Assembly (NCBI GenBank): GCA_035652895.1
Contig: DASRCX010000056.1
Span: forward strand, 21,267 to 85,266
DNA from: Terriglobia bacterium
GTDB taxonomy: Bacteria; Acidobacteriota; Terriglobia; UBA7540
DNA length: 64,000 nucleotides
Direction of reading: 5' to 3'
The notes under the pieces were generated by a model. It did not search any database and was not told the DNA's origin. It was given only the letters and a program-made list of their open reading frames with translations. Below are positions 29,123 through 38,452 of this stretch, in pieces; within the stretch, counting starts at the first letter, position 1, and every line of letters starts with the position of its first letter. The position numbers and the translations under genes were made by a program.

Positions 29123-29677
29123 ATGCACGAGACGTGGATTTGGATTGCGGCGCCGCTTATGCTTCTTGTGGTCCTGGCAATTTTCGTTTACTTCTCGCGA
29201 ACGCGCCGCACTCTCCTGCGAATGAGGATCGATCTTGATAAGACCTGGGCGGGCATCGATGCGCTGATAAAACAGCGGCACGACGAAATTCCGAAGCTCC
29301 TCGGCACATGCCGCGGATATATGCCCCAGGACCATCCGGCCTTCGGGCCCATTACGAGAGCACGGACCGATTACCTCAAAGCGCGAACGCCGCAGGAAAA
29401 AGCGCTGGCCAATCTTGCCTTGGCGGGAGCCATCGAGGGGCTCTTCAAAATCGCCGGTGAATTCCCAGGGCTGAAGTCAAATGCAAACTTCATTAAATTG
29501 CGGAAGCAGGACGCGGAACTGGGAAAAAGCATCGAAGAGCAGCAGGAGTTTTTTAACGAACTCGTCCGCTCCTACAACCGGCGCATCCGGCGGTTTCCAG
29601 TTTCACTCGTGGCCCGCCGGGCGCGACTGGAAATGCGAGAGCCGCTTCCCGATCCCGAGATGGGCGATGAAAGATAA
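29123..29677 (+). CDS. LemA family protein
   Basis: 184 aa. N-terminal TM segment WIWIAAPLMLLVVLAIFVYF, then the LemA pattern WAGIDALIKQRHDEIPKLL ... FFNELVRSYNRRIRRFPVSLVA. Confidence 0.88.
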   Translation: MHETWIWIAAPLMLLVVLAIFVYFSRTRRTLLRMRIDLDKTWAGIDALIKQRHDEIPKLLGTCRGYMPQDHPAFGPITRARTDYLKARTPQEKALANLALAGAIEGLFKIAGEFPGLKSNANFIKLRKQDAELGKSIEEQQEFFNELVRSYNRRIRRFPVSLVARRARLEMREPLPDPEMGDER

Positions 29678-29800
29678 CGCCGCTGAATTTTGTTTCCCGT
29701 AGCGCGGTGTCGCCAAAGCGACTGAACAAACAGCCCGAGACCAAATTTCTACCCTCCTGCAACGGCAAACTTCCCGCCGCTATGCAGCGAATTCGTCCCT

Positions 29801-29837
29801 GAAAACACCAAGCCCGCCTAAAACGGACGGCGGGCTT
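29801..29837 (-). terminator. Rho-independent terminator (minus-strand orientation) after the micro-ORF
   Basis: 9-bp stem AAGCCCGCC (29810-29818) / GGCGGGCTT (29829-29837) with a 10-nt loop. On the minus strand it is followed by GGTGTTTTC. It lies 30 nt past the micro-ORF stop and may also stop lemA transcription from the other side. Confidence 0.65.
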
Positions 29838-29867
29838 GATGAAACAAACGATTGGTCCTAGACTAGC

Positions 29868-29912
29868 TTACTTCTTCTTCGCCTTGGCTTTTGCCTTCTT
29901 CTTTGCGGCCAT
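29868..29912 (-). CDS. 14-codon Lys/Ala-rich micro-ORF (MAAKKKAKAKAKKK), candidate small peptide
   Basis: ATG GCC GCA AAG AAG AAG GCA AAA GCC AAG GCG AAG AAG AAG TAA. It is preceded by GGGAAGGAGGATT (SD), sits between a near-consensus promoter and a terminator, and is below the 60-aa cut-off of the ORF track. Confidence 0.45.
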   Translation of the reverse strand: MAAKKKAKAKAKKK

Positions 29913-29988
29913 AATCCTCCTTCCCTCTCGGGTTGAAAGAGCCTTCACCAAGCCAACATCTTGTAGCCTGGTGCTTGTCTGACCACGA

Positions 29989-30017
29989 TATATAGTGCCA
30001 ATCGCAACCCTTGTCAA
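29989..30017 (-). promoter_or_regulatory. Near-consensus sigma-70 promoter driving the micro-ORF unit
   Basis: On the minus strand: TTGACA (30017-30012), a 17-nt spacer, then TATATA (29994-29989). An A/T-rich UP-like tract (GATATTTTTTC) lies immediately upstream. Confidence 0.55.
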
Positions 30018-30212
30018 GAAAAAATATCAATCGAACCCCGCCTTTGGCACCTGCTCCTGCCCGAGGACATCTCGAGCCTCGAAGTGAAGGATTAATATTG
30101 AGCCCACCGCGGCGACAATGCTTCGCCGGGAGAAAGCTCTGGTCGAGTGCCTGCGTTTAAGCGCTAATTTCGAGTGATCAAATTTCGCCTGTTATGATAT
30201 TGTGTGGCTACT

Positions 30213-31067
30213 ATGAAAACACAGGATACTTATTCACGACGATCATTTCTCGGTCTTTTGGCGGCGGCTCCGTTCGGCGCGGCATCCGTGGCCGCTGCCG
30301 CCGCAAAACATTATCCCGTTGGTCTCGAACTATACTCGGTTCGCGACGACCTGAAAAAAGATCTTCCCGGAACACTCAGGCAAGTCGCACAGATGGGCTA
30401 CAAGTGCGTAGAATTCTACTCGCCTTATTACGATTGGACGCCGAACGAAGCCCGAAAAGTCCGCCGCGAAATGGACGGTCTGGGCCTGCGCTGCTACTCT
30501 ACGCACAATGATACAAAATCATTCACGCCGGAAGGCATCGGCAAGGCCATGGACCTTAACCATATTCTTGGCTGTAAATACATCGTTCTGGCGTCACCGG
30601 GAGACGTGCCTGACATCGACGGCTGGAAGCGCGTGGCGGAACTGCTCAACAAGGCAAACCACACGATGATGTCTCACGGATTTCACGCCGGCTATCACAA
30701 CGACGATCACGAGTGGCAGTTGCTCGATGGCAAACGACCAATTGACGTCTTGGAATCGGAACTGGAAAAGGAGGTCATCCTGGAAGTTGATACGGGCAAC
30801 TGCATGGGTTCTGGCGGCGACCCGGTGGCCTATATCAAACGCAATCCTGGCCGCGTTCGTGCGTTGCACGTCAAAGACTGGTCTCCGCAGAAAGGTTACG
30901 ACGTGCTGATCGGTCAGGGCATCGGCAAATGGAAAGAAATCTTCGCGGCAGCGCAAAATGGCGGCGGAGTCGAATATTACCTGATCGAGCAGGAGGGCCT
31001 TAAAGGCCACACGGAAATGGAGACAGCAAGAATGTCCTTGGCGGCCTTCCGTAAAGTGTACTCGTGA
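30213..31067 (+). CDS. TAT-exported sugar phosphate isomerase/epimerase (xylose-isomerase-like TIM barrel)
   Basis: The ORF opens at GTG 30204. The ATG at 30213 gives MKTQDTYSRRSFLGLLAAAPFGAASVAAAAAK, a twin-arginine signal, followed by a TIM-barrel pattern (YKCVEFYSPY..., HNDDHEW). The start is uncertain by 9 nt. Confidence 0.8.
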   Translation: MKTQDTYSRRSFLGLLAAAPFGAASVAAAAAKHYPVGLELYSVRDDLKKDLPGTLRQVAQMGYKCVEFYSPYYDWTPNEARKVRREMDGLGLRCYSTHNDTKSFTPEGIGKAMDLNHILGCKYIVLASPGDVPDIDGWKRVAELLNKANHTMMSHGFHAGYHNDDHEWQLLDGKRPIDVLESELEKEVILEVDTGNCMGSGGDPVAYIKRNPGRVRALHVKDWSPQKGYDVLIGQGIGKWKEIFAAAQNGGGVEYYLIEQEGLKGHTEMETARMSLAAFRKVYS

Positions 31068-31170
31068 TAACGCCGGCGGATGTTGCATTTGGGTGTGATA
31101 TCGTCATATTCCGACCGGCATCGCGAGCACGCATCTGAAAATAGTCTTTGGAGATTTTGGAACAGAAATC

Positions 31171-32499
31171 ATGAACACAACTTCTGAGGCCAACCGGCGC
31201 CCTCCGCTGTTTTCGCCTGGGAACACACTGCCTTTCATTCTGGTCACTGCGCTTTTCTTCCTGTGGGCAATCCCCAACAATTTGAATGACATCCTCATCA
31301 AGCAGTTCATGACGTCGTTTCAGATCACGCGATTTGAAGCGGGGCTGGTGCAGTCGGCGTTTTACCTGGGGTATTTCTGCTGGGCCATGCCTGCGGCGTT
31401 TCTGATGCGGAGGTTCGGGTACAAGGCGGGGCTGGTCACAGGACTGTTTCTCTTCGGGTCAGGAGCATTCCTTTTCTGGCCTGCCGCGCACATCAGGAGC
31501 TACGGTTTTTTCCTGTTCGCGCTGTTCGTGATTGCAAGCGGGCTGTCGTTTCTTGAGACAGGGTCCAACACATTTATCGCCGTGCTGGGAGATCCGAGAA
31601 CTTCCGAGCAACGCCTGAATCTCTCACAGTCGTTCAACCCGCTGGGATCAATCACCGGAGCTCTGGTCGGCACGGTCTTTATTTTTTCAGGGGTTGAGCT
31701 CAGTGAACACCAAATCGATTTGCTCAAAGCACAAGGCACTCTGCAGGCTTACCTCCAAAACGAGACGTTGAGAGTAATACGACCATACGTAATCCTTGGC
31801 GTAGTTGTCTGGATCATGGCATTGTTGATCCTGAAGACCAAATTCCCTGAAATCAAAGAGGAGTCCCAAACGAAAGATGCCCGGGACAAGGGCAGGCTGA
31901 GTGATCTGCTGCACTATCCGCATTTTCTCCAGGGAGTTTCAGCCCAGTTCTTTTATGTCGGCGCGCAGGTCGGGACGTGGAGTTTCCTGATCCAGTACAT
32001 CCAGGACTACACGCATCAACCGGAGAAGATCGCCGGCTACCTGCTGACCGGCAGCCTTGTGGCATTTGCCGTCGGGCGGTTTGTGGCAACCTACCTGATG
32101 AAGTTCTTCCACCCCAGCAAATTGATGGGGGTCTATGGAATCATCAACATGATTTTGGCGGCTATCGGCGTCTTGTTCCCTGGCTGGGTGGGAGTGTGGG
32201 CCGTGTTCCTGACCAGTTTCTTCATGTCCCTCATGTTTCCCACGATCTACGCGCTCGGCATCAAAGGTCTGGGAGCCAACACCAAGCTTGGCGGCTCATT
32301 CATCATCATGGCCATCATCGGAGGCGCAGCAGCCCCGCCTGCCATGGGATTCATTTACGGAATCTGGCACAGCATGGCGATAGCAATGGTCGTTCCGCTG
32401 TTCTGTTACGCGGTGGTCACTCATTACGCTTATTACGGCTCCAGGGTGAGAATCTCTCGAGCCGAAGCTGCCACCGTTTCCGAGCCTGCGACCTTGTGA
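31171..32499 (+). CDS. fucP: MFS sugar transporter, L-fucose:H+ symporter (FucP) family
   Basis: 442 aa with about 12 TM segments. The N-terminal motif FFLWAIPNNLNDILIKQFMTSFQITRFEAGLVQSAFYLGYF is characteristic of FucP / glucose-galactose transporters. Confidence 0.85.
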   Translation: MNTTSEANRRPPLFSPGNTLPFILVTALFFLWAIPNNLNDILIKQFMTSFQITRFEAGLVQSAFYLGYFCWAMPAAFLMRRFGYKAGLVTGLFLFGSGAFLFWPAAHIRSYGFFLFALFVIASGLSFLETGSNTFIAVLGDPRTSEQRLNLSQSFNPLGSITGALVGTVFIFSGVELSEHQIDLLKAQGTLQAYLQNETLRVIRPYVILGVVVWIMALLILKTKFPEIKEESQTKDARDKGRLSDLLHYPHFLQGVSAQFFYVGAQVGTWSFLIQYIQDYTHQPEKIAGYLLTGSLVAFAVGRFVATYLMKFFHPSKLMGVYGIINMILAAIGVLFPGWVGVWAVFLTSFFMSLMFPTIYALGIKGLGANTKLGGSFIIMAIIGGAAAPPAMGFIYGIWHSMAIAMVVPLFCYAVVTHYAYYGSRVRISRAEAATVSEPATL

Positions 32500-32591
32500 T
32501 GGACACGGCGGTTCCGTGAACACGCGGCCAATCGAGATTCTCTCGCATTTTATCTTTTGCATTTTCCTCCAACCTGTTCCAAGGAGAAAAA

Positions 32592-33362
32592 ATGAACGGT
32601 TTCCCGAAGTTTGATTTGACCGGCCAGGTGGCCCTGGTGACAGGCGCCGCGCGCGGCCTGGGGCGTGCGATTTCACTGGCGCTCGCAAATGCAGGCGCGG
32701 ACGTGGCCCTCGGTCTTCGCGACCGCAACACGGGTTCCAGCCTGGCCCGTGAAATCGAAGCAATGGGACGTAGCGCACTGCCTTTGCAGATGGGCATGTC
32801 CCGGCTCGATCAGATCAGAGAGGCCATCGAAGAAGCCGTTGGGCATTTTGGCCGGCTCGACGTCCTGGTGAACAATGCCGGAGTGTCTCCGGGGCATCCT
32901 GCCGAAGATTTCACAGAAGAAGATTTTGATTACACCATGGCAGTGAACGTGAAGGGGACATTTTTCGCCAGCCAGGCTGCGGGCCGAGTGATGATCCGCC
33001 AAAGGAGCGGTCGCATCATCAACATGAGTTCTCAGGCAGGTTTTGTGGCGCTGCCCACGGAATCCGTTTACTGCACTTCCAAAGCCGCGATCGCACACAT
33101 GACCAAATGCCTCGCCATCGAGTGGGGCAAGTACAACATTACCGTAAACGCCGTGGCGCCCACGTTCATCCATACACCGGGGACTGAAGAAGTGCTTTCA
33201 GACCCCGCCTTCCGCGCCGACACCATTGAACGCATCGCGGCGCTTCACCGGATCGGAGAGCCCATGGACGTAGCGGGTGCAGTGGTATTTCTGGCGTCGC
33301 CGGCCGCTTCGCTGATAACAGGACACACGATCCTGATTGACGGCGGATGGACGGCACGGTAG
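32592..33362 (+). CDS. SDR family oxidoreductase
   Basis: 256 aa. TGAARGLGRA (TGxxxGxG), NNAG, and catalytic SxnYCTSK (YxxxK). Confidence 0.9.
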   Translation: MNGFPKFDLTGQVALVTGAARGLGRAISLALANAGADVALGLRDRNTGSSLAREIEAMGRSALPLQMGMSRLDQIREAIEEAVGHFGRLDVLVNNAGVSPGHPAEDFTEEDFDYTMAVNVKGTFFASQAAGRVMIRQRSGRIINMSSQAGFVALPTESVYCTSKAAIAHMTKCLAIEWGKYNITVNAVAPTFIHTPGTEEVLSDPAFRADTIERIAALHRIGEPMDVAGAVVFLASPAASLITGHTILIDGGWTAR

Positions 33363-33700
33363 CGAACGAGGCAAATCTGGAACTCCGCTGCCGGAACCCA
33401 CAAAACACGCGGTCGGAACGCAAACAAGCAACAATCACCAACAATTGTACCGGCGGCATCAAAACTGCTGAGCCGCTCATAAAGCGACCTGCCTTTGTCT
33501 CCGCCGTTTCTCGGCGTAAAGTGCGGGACCTCCCGGGGTACGCCCAATGGGTCATTCAACTCATTTGCTTCAAATCCAAAACAATCGATCAAGGCTGCCG
33601 TGCGCGTGTGCCCGGCCTCGCAAGGTGCTGGAGCTTTTCATGCTTTTCTGTCGGCCCACGGGGTGATACTCTATGCTGCATCGGCGAGGTGGAGGAGAAT

Positions 33701-35128
33701 ATGCATCGAAGAGCATTCATCAAGAATTCTTTGGCAGGATTGGGAAGCACGCTGCTATTGGACGTGGCTTGCAGTTCCGCCAATCATCGGCCCAAAGCCG
33801 ATCCGCGGCTGAAGGGAGCCTTCCGCAGTCCTGAAAGGAATGGCTGGACGTTCGTACATCTGGAAGGAACACCTGACGAAATCGGCTATCAGCACGGTTA
33901 TCTGCTGGCCGACAGGATTGAAGACACCACCAAAGTCACGATCCTTGAGCAAACTCATGGAAAGAAGTATGGCTGGGATTTTTACCGCAATGCGGCGAAA
34001 GACATGCTGTGGCCGAAAATCGATCCGGAGTACCGGGAAGAATTGCAGGGAATCGCTGACGGATTGCGCGCTCGGGGCAGCAAGCTGGACCTTTGGGACG
34101 TGGTTGCTCTGAACGCCTCAATGGAATGGGATTATTACGTCAAGGAATATGACAAGACCCACAAAACCTCCACGGCCGCTGAATTGGCAGTCCCTGAACA
34201 TTGCAGCGCGTTCGTCGCGACGGGCAGTTACACGCGAGACGGGAAAGCTGTCATCGCGCACAATTGCTGGACGGGCTACCTGGATGGGGAACGGTGGACG
34301 ATCATCTATGACATCGTTCCCGCGCACGGCTACCGCATCCTGATGGACGGCTTCCCCGGATTTATCCATAGCGGCGATGATTTTGGCATCAACTCTGCTG
34401 GAATTGCGATTACGGAAACAACCATCTCCGGCTTCTCCGGGTACGACCCGACGGGCATTCCGGAATTCGTGCGCGCCCGAAAGGGCATGCAGTATTCGAA
34501 TTCGATCGACGACTACGTTCGCATCATGAAGACCGGCAACAACGGCGGGTACGCCAATAACTGGCTGATCGCTGACATCAAGACGAATGAAATCGCAGAC
34601 CTGGAACTGGGGTTGAAGAACGTCAACGTTTGGCGCACGAAAGACGGCTGCTTTGTGGGATCAAACTTCCCGGTCAGCCCGAAGCTCGCCAGCGAAGAAA
34701 CCAGCTTCAACCTGCACGACATGAGCGCCAGCGCCAATGCGCGCCACGTCCGCTGGAACCAGCTTATGGCCGAGAACAAAGGGAAGATTGATATGGCCAT
34801 GGCGCAGAAATTTCTTGCCGACCACTATGACACGTTCCAGAAAAAAGAAGAGGCCAATGAGCGCACGCTTTGTGGCCACGTCGATCTCTCTCCACGCGGC
34901 ATGGGCACCTGGCAGCCGCCTTACGGTCCCGCCGGCGCCGTGCAAAACAAAGGGGCGGATGCTGCCATGATTGAGAAGATGGCGCTCAGCGCTTCCGCGG
35001 GCCATTGCTGCGGCATGGGCTTCAATGCCGCAGAGCACCTGCAGAAACATCCCGAGTTCGACTGGCAGTCGCCACTGCTCCGCGATATGCCTTCAGAGCC
35101 CTGGACCGTCTTCAGCGTTGCGACTTAG
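33701..35128 (+). CDS. TAT-exported Ntn-hydrolase, phospholipase B-like / C45-type
   Basis: The ORF track starts at 33347. The ATG at 33701 follows GGAGGAG and gives MHRRAFIKNSLAGLGSTLLL, a twin-arginine signal. Putative autoprocessing site EH-CSAFVATG, and GGYANNWLIADIKTNE resembling the PLB-like (LAMA) family. Confidence 0.75.
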   Translation: MHRRAFIKNSLAGLGSTLLLDVACSSANHRPKADPRLKGAFRSPERNGWTFVHLEGTPDEIGYQHGYLLADRIEDTTKVTILEQTHGKKYGWDFYRNAAKDMLWPKIDPEYREELQGIADGLRARGSKLDLWDVVALNASMEWDYYVKEYDKTHKTSTAAELAVPEHCSAFVATGSYTRDGKAVIAHNCWTGYLDGERWTIIYDIVPAHGYRILMDGFPGFIHSGDDFGINSAGIAITETTISGFSGYDPTGIPEFVRARKGMQYSNSIDDYVRIMKTGNNGGYANNWLIADIKTNEIADLELGLKNVNVWRTKDGCFVGSNFPVSPKLASEETSFNLHDMSASANARHVRWNQLMAENKGKIDMAMAQKFLADHYDTFQKKEEANERTLCGHVDLSPRGMGTWQPPYGPAGAVQNKGADAAMIEKMALSASAGHCCGMGFNAAEHLQKHPEFDWQSPLLRDMPSEPWTVFSVAT

Positions 35129-35218
35129 CAGGATGCAAACATTCTGCAATTGCCTCTTGCTTCGCGAAAACCGAACCGTGTCATTCTGCCTTCGGAAAGC
35201 CATCCCCGGGCGGGGCAA

Positions 35219-36307
35219 TCATTTTCCTTTGAAGAGGAAAATAAGGTCGATGATCAGGATGATCACGATGGCAAGTTCCAGAACGAAAGAGCGCGCGTGC
35301 TCAAACTGGTCAACCATGAATTGATAAAGCTCTCCCGCTGTGCGAAGTTTCTCATCCACGAGCCGCCGGTGATCAGGGACACCGACCTTTGCTGCTGCCA
35401 GGCGATAAAGCCGCGCGTAAAACATATCGCTGACGAACTTGATGGCATTGTCCGCCCGTTCCGCAAGTTCCATGACTTCCACCCGGATCATATTCAAGCG
35501 CTCGGCTTCGCGGGCCAGCCGCCACCGCGCCACAAGGCCGCTGTGGCGCTCAAGCGACCGGTAAACGCCATCGAGGACACGTGTCAGAACGCCATCGTAA
35601 TGGCGGAACTCCAGCAATTGAGTATTGGCGTATTCCAAAAGCTGAATTATAGGTGCCGCGCCTTCCGCAGTGTCATAGACCAGTGCCGCCGTCCAACCCA
35701 CGACCAGCAGGTCCGACGGATAATATGAAATACTCGACTGCAAAATCTGGTTTCGCTCGCCGTCGGATAGAGGGCGGGACTCGCCGCGAATCACCTGGGC
35801 AATGTCCAGTCCATGGCGGACCAGCAAATCGTCGGCAGTTGCGGGCCGCCCATCGGCGTTTCGTGCCTCGCGCAGTTCGATGATGTAATAATCTTCAGTC
35901 AGCAGATTGTCGTAAGGCCGGATAAGGGCGGGCGCAGACCGACTGAGCGCGGCGCGCGTAACTTCGAGGGCCCGTTGCTCGATATTCGGTGCGGCAATCC
36001 ATTCTGCGGAGAGCCTGACCAGGCCTTCCCAATCGCAGCAAAACGGCAGTTGCATTTCAACGCTGGTGACGCCGTATTCGTAATACTTGATCCGTGCCGC
36101 CAGTTTTCGGCCTGGTTCGATCTCGACCGGATCGAGCTGTTCAACAACGGGAGGCAGTTCGAACCGGACATACTCAGGAGTGGGATGCACAAAACTGGGG
36201 AGGCGCTCAGCGGGCCGCAATTGAAGAATTGAATTCAGCCGCTCCAGGTTGATGGAGTCCGCAACATCGTATAGAAGCAGAATTCGAAGTGTTCCCTGGA
36301 GGGCCAT
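35219..36307 (-). CDS. Hypothetical C-terminally membrane-anchored protein (possibly RMD1/DUF155-like)
   Basis: The ATG at 36307 gives MALQGTLRILLLYDVADSINLERL. A single C-terminal TM segment FVLELAIVIILIIDLIFLF follows a long helical region (LEYANTQLLEFRHYDGVL...). The family guess is weak. Confidence 0.7.
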   Translation of the reverse strand: MALQGTLRILLLYDVADSINLERLNSILQLRPAERLPSFVHPTPEYVRFELPPVVEQLDPVEIEPGRKLAARIKYYEYGVTSVEMQLPFCCDWEGLVRLSAEWIAAPNIEQRALEVTRAALSRSAPALIRPYDNLLTEDYYIIELREARNADGRPATADDLLVRHGLDIAQVIRGESRPLSDGERNQILQSSISYYPSDLLVVGWTAALVYDTAEGAAPIIQLLEYANTQLLEFRHYDGVLTRVLDGVYRSLERHSGLVARWRLAREAERLNMIRVEVMELAERADNAIKFVSDMFYARLYRLAAAKVGVPDHRRLVDEKLRTAGELYQFMVDQFEHARSFVLELAIVIILIIDLIFLFKGK

Positions 36308-36439
36308 CAGCGGTCCATCGATCCCAGAATGCCAGTGAACGGCAGGCAGGTCAAGCGCCCAAAACGCCGGCCCCAAAAGGAAGAGAACAGCGAAACCATT
36401 TTGCCCGCAGGATGGCAGGTTCTTGGGCCTTTGCCGGGC

Positions 36440-36886
36440 CTAACTGTGTCCCGCGGCCCTTTGGGAGCAGCGTCGTTCGGTCCGCGGCCTGGCGAACCCG
36501 GCCAGCGTGGCGGCTTCGTTCTGGAAAATCTCGAAGACGCGATCGAGATGGTTCTTACGAATGCCAATGAGAACGTCATGCGAAGTGACGATGTATCTTA
36601 CTTTTCCCCGCGCATCGCGAATGAGGTTATAAGCGGCGGCCAGCGCGCCGACGCCGGCCCTGTCAACCCTCGGAGCCCTTTCGAGATCGATGACAAATAT
36701 ACCGATGCCCCGCCCAATCAAGAGTCGAACCTGTTCAAGGAAAAATCTGACGCCCTCGCCCTCCGCCAGCGGGCCATTCACATGGATAACGGCAAGATGG
36801 GCGTCCGAATCGTCAAATTCCGACGCGCGAAGAGGCGTAGCGCCTGGCCTCGGATCGGCCAAAGCCAGATCCACATCGATCCTCAT
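36440..36886 (-). CDS. STAS domain protein (anti-sigma-factor antagonist-like)
   Basis: 148 aa. The pattern HLAVIHVNGPLAEGEGVRFFLEQVRLLIGRGIGIFVIDLERAPRVDRAGVGALAAAYNLIRDARGKVRYI is typical of SpoIIAA/STAS domains. Confidence 0.8.
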   Translation of the reverse strand: MRIDVDLALADPRPGATPLRASEFDDSDAHLAVIHVNGPLAEGEGVRFFLEQVRLLIGRGIGIFVIDLERAPRVDRAGVGALAAAYNLIRDARGKVRYIVTSHDVLIGIRKNHLDRVFEIFQNEAATLAGFARPRTERRCSQRAAGHS

Positions 36887-36943
36887 GGGCGGGTTGCTCC
36901 CGGTTTTTGAATCTGCGTCCCCGATATGGAAGGTGAAGCGGCA

Positions 36944-36972
36944 ATTCTACGCTCAAAACATCGGCGCTTCAA
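36944..36972 (-). promoter_or_regulatory. Candidate sigma-70 promoter of the STAS gene
   Basis: On the minus strand: TTGAAG (36972-36967), a 17-nt spacer, then TAGAAT (36949-36944). It lies about 60 nt upstream of the ATG. Confidence 0.4.
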
Positions 36973-37049
36973 GACAGTATTTTCTCAAGGAAAAATGTGG
37001 CAGCCTTAGACATGGCCTGGAGATGTCTCCAAAGCTTGACGTACCGTGT

Positions 37050-38351
37050 TCAATGATGCATCGAATGTAAATTTACCCACGTATTACCAAGCGCCTGATA
37101 TCGGCAACCACCTTGTGAAGACTCGGTCGGCAAATCCTGCGCCTGACCGTTCAATATTGTGTCGAAGAAAGTCCGAATGCAGGAAGAAGTCCTTTCCAGG
37201 CCTTTCGCGCCATTGACCGGGCCAAGATAACCCATCAGCCGCATCCCCGGACTGTAAAGAACGGCAAGGTCTGTAAAGTTGAAGCGGCCTGTGCCGGGGA
37301 TATGGGCCTTCCAACAGTTCGAAGACTCTCGGCACGCATCATTCATCTCGCGCTCGAGTTCCGCCTGCTGCCGCCGAAACCTTTGCACTGAAACGCTTGC
37401 CAGCGTACGCTGAATCCACGGCGGGCGCAGCGTCCAGTCGCTCAGAATAAACAGCAAGGGCTTCTGGATTCCCTCGTGCGGTGCGTCGCCGAAAAGGTTT
37501 CCGTCAATATCAACGGAGGCTTTGCAGCGCTGGTCCGCGGAACAGGCTTCCACGGAAGCGGCTCCGCCAAAAGAATGGCCGAGCAGCCCGATCTTTGAAA
37601 GATCAAGCCGCCCCTGGAACCGGCTTCTTGCGTCAGAATTCAACTGCGAGAGCTTGTCGATTGCAAAGCGAATGTCCGCCGCCCAGACTTGCACCATCCG
37701 ATTTCCTGCAGATTGGATGGCGTCGTCCGGGCCGCTCGGAAATGAAGCTTCAGCCAGATGATTTGCCACGCGGCCATCAGGAAAACGCACGACTGGCGCG
37801 CTATAGGTATTCGTAATCCCGAGGACAGCATAACCGTGGCTTGCGATGTCTTCAATCAATGAAGTGTAATCACTGGGGAGATTGCCGAAACCCGTTGAAA
37901 ATACCAGGACAGGGTAGGGTTGGCTCCCGGGAACAATGGGAGCATCAGCAACAGCATGAACACGCACCCGGGTGGGAATTGTCACGGGACGCCAGGGCAG
38001 CAGCGAGGCCCAGTCCGCTGGAATATACTCCGCAGGCTTGGAATGCGGCGCGCCGCTGGCAGGATACCAGAACCACACCATCAGCTCGCGATGTTTTCCA
38101 ATCGCAGAGGAATACGGGTCGTCGCGTTCAGGATCGGTCCAGTCAAAAAGTGTCCGGCCCACTGCAAACGGGCCAGATGGTTCGGGTAAAACCACTTCCC
38201 TGTGATCGCCAAAGTGAACGACGGCCCCGAAAAGTCCGATGAGTGTCAGGAAGAGAAGAACGATTACCAGAATGGTGATCGAGGCCGTTCTCACGATCCG
38301 GATGCCAGCGGCCGCGGGTTTGTTGTTCAGTAAATCAGGTTGTGGGGACAA
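37050..38351 (-). CDS. Alpha/beta hydrolase (PAF-acetylhydrolase / lipase-like), membrane-anchored
   Basis: 433 aa. N-terminal TM segment ITILVIVLLFLTLIGLFGAVV and nucleophile elbow LLGHSFGGAAS (GxSxG). Confidence 0.8.
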   Translation of the reverse strand: MSPQPDLLNNKPAAAGIRIVRTASITILVIVLLFLTLIGLFGAVVHFGDHREVVLPEPSGPFAVGRTLFDWTDPERDDPYSSAIGKHRELMVWFWYPASGAPHSKPAEYIPADWASLLPWRPVTIPTRVRVHAVADAPIVPGSQPYPVLVFSTGFGNLPSDYTSLIEDIASHGYAVLGITNTYSAPVVRFPDGRVANHLAEASFPSGPDDAIQSAGNRMVQVWAADIRFAIDKLSQLNSDARSRFQGRLDLSKIGLLGHSFGGAASVEACSADQRCKASVDIDGNLFGDAPHEGIQKPLLFILSDWTLRPPWIQRTLASVSVQRFRRQQAELEREMNDACRESSNCWKAHIPGTGRFNFTDLAVLYSPGMRLMGYLGPVNGAKGLERTSSCIRTFFDTILNGQAQDLPTESSQGGCRYQALGNTWVNLHSMHH

Positions 38352-38452
38352 ATGGAATTCCGATCAATGTGAAGTGCCGATGCATCAGATGAAAACGCTC
38401 ATGCACAACAGCGGGACCTGGAAATTTGCCGGCGCCGGGCGATCCGGAAAAA

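Noticed and set aside
33347-33700. N-terminal extensions of ORFs in the track: 33347 (for the 33701 start), 53352 (for trpA), 14469..15734, 38453..39004, 21287..22060, 22098..23291 and 489..1292.
   Set aside because: Internal start codons with SD sequences give proper signal peptides or canonical N-termini. The upstream parts overlap neighbouring genes or have non-coding-like composition.
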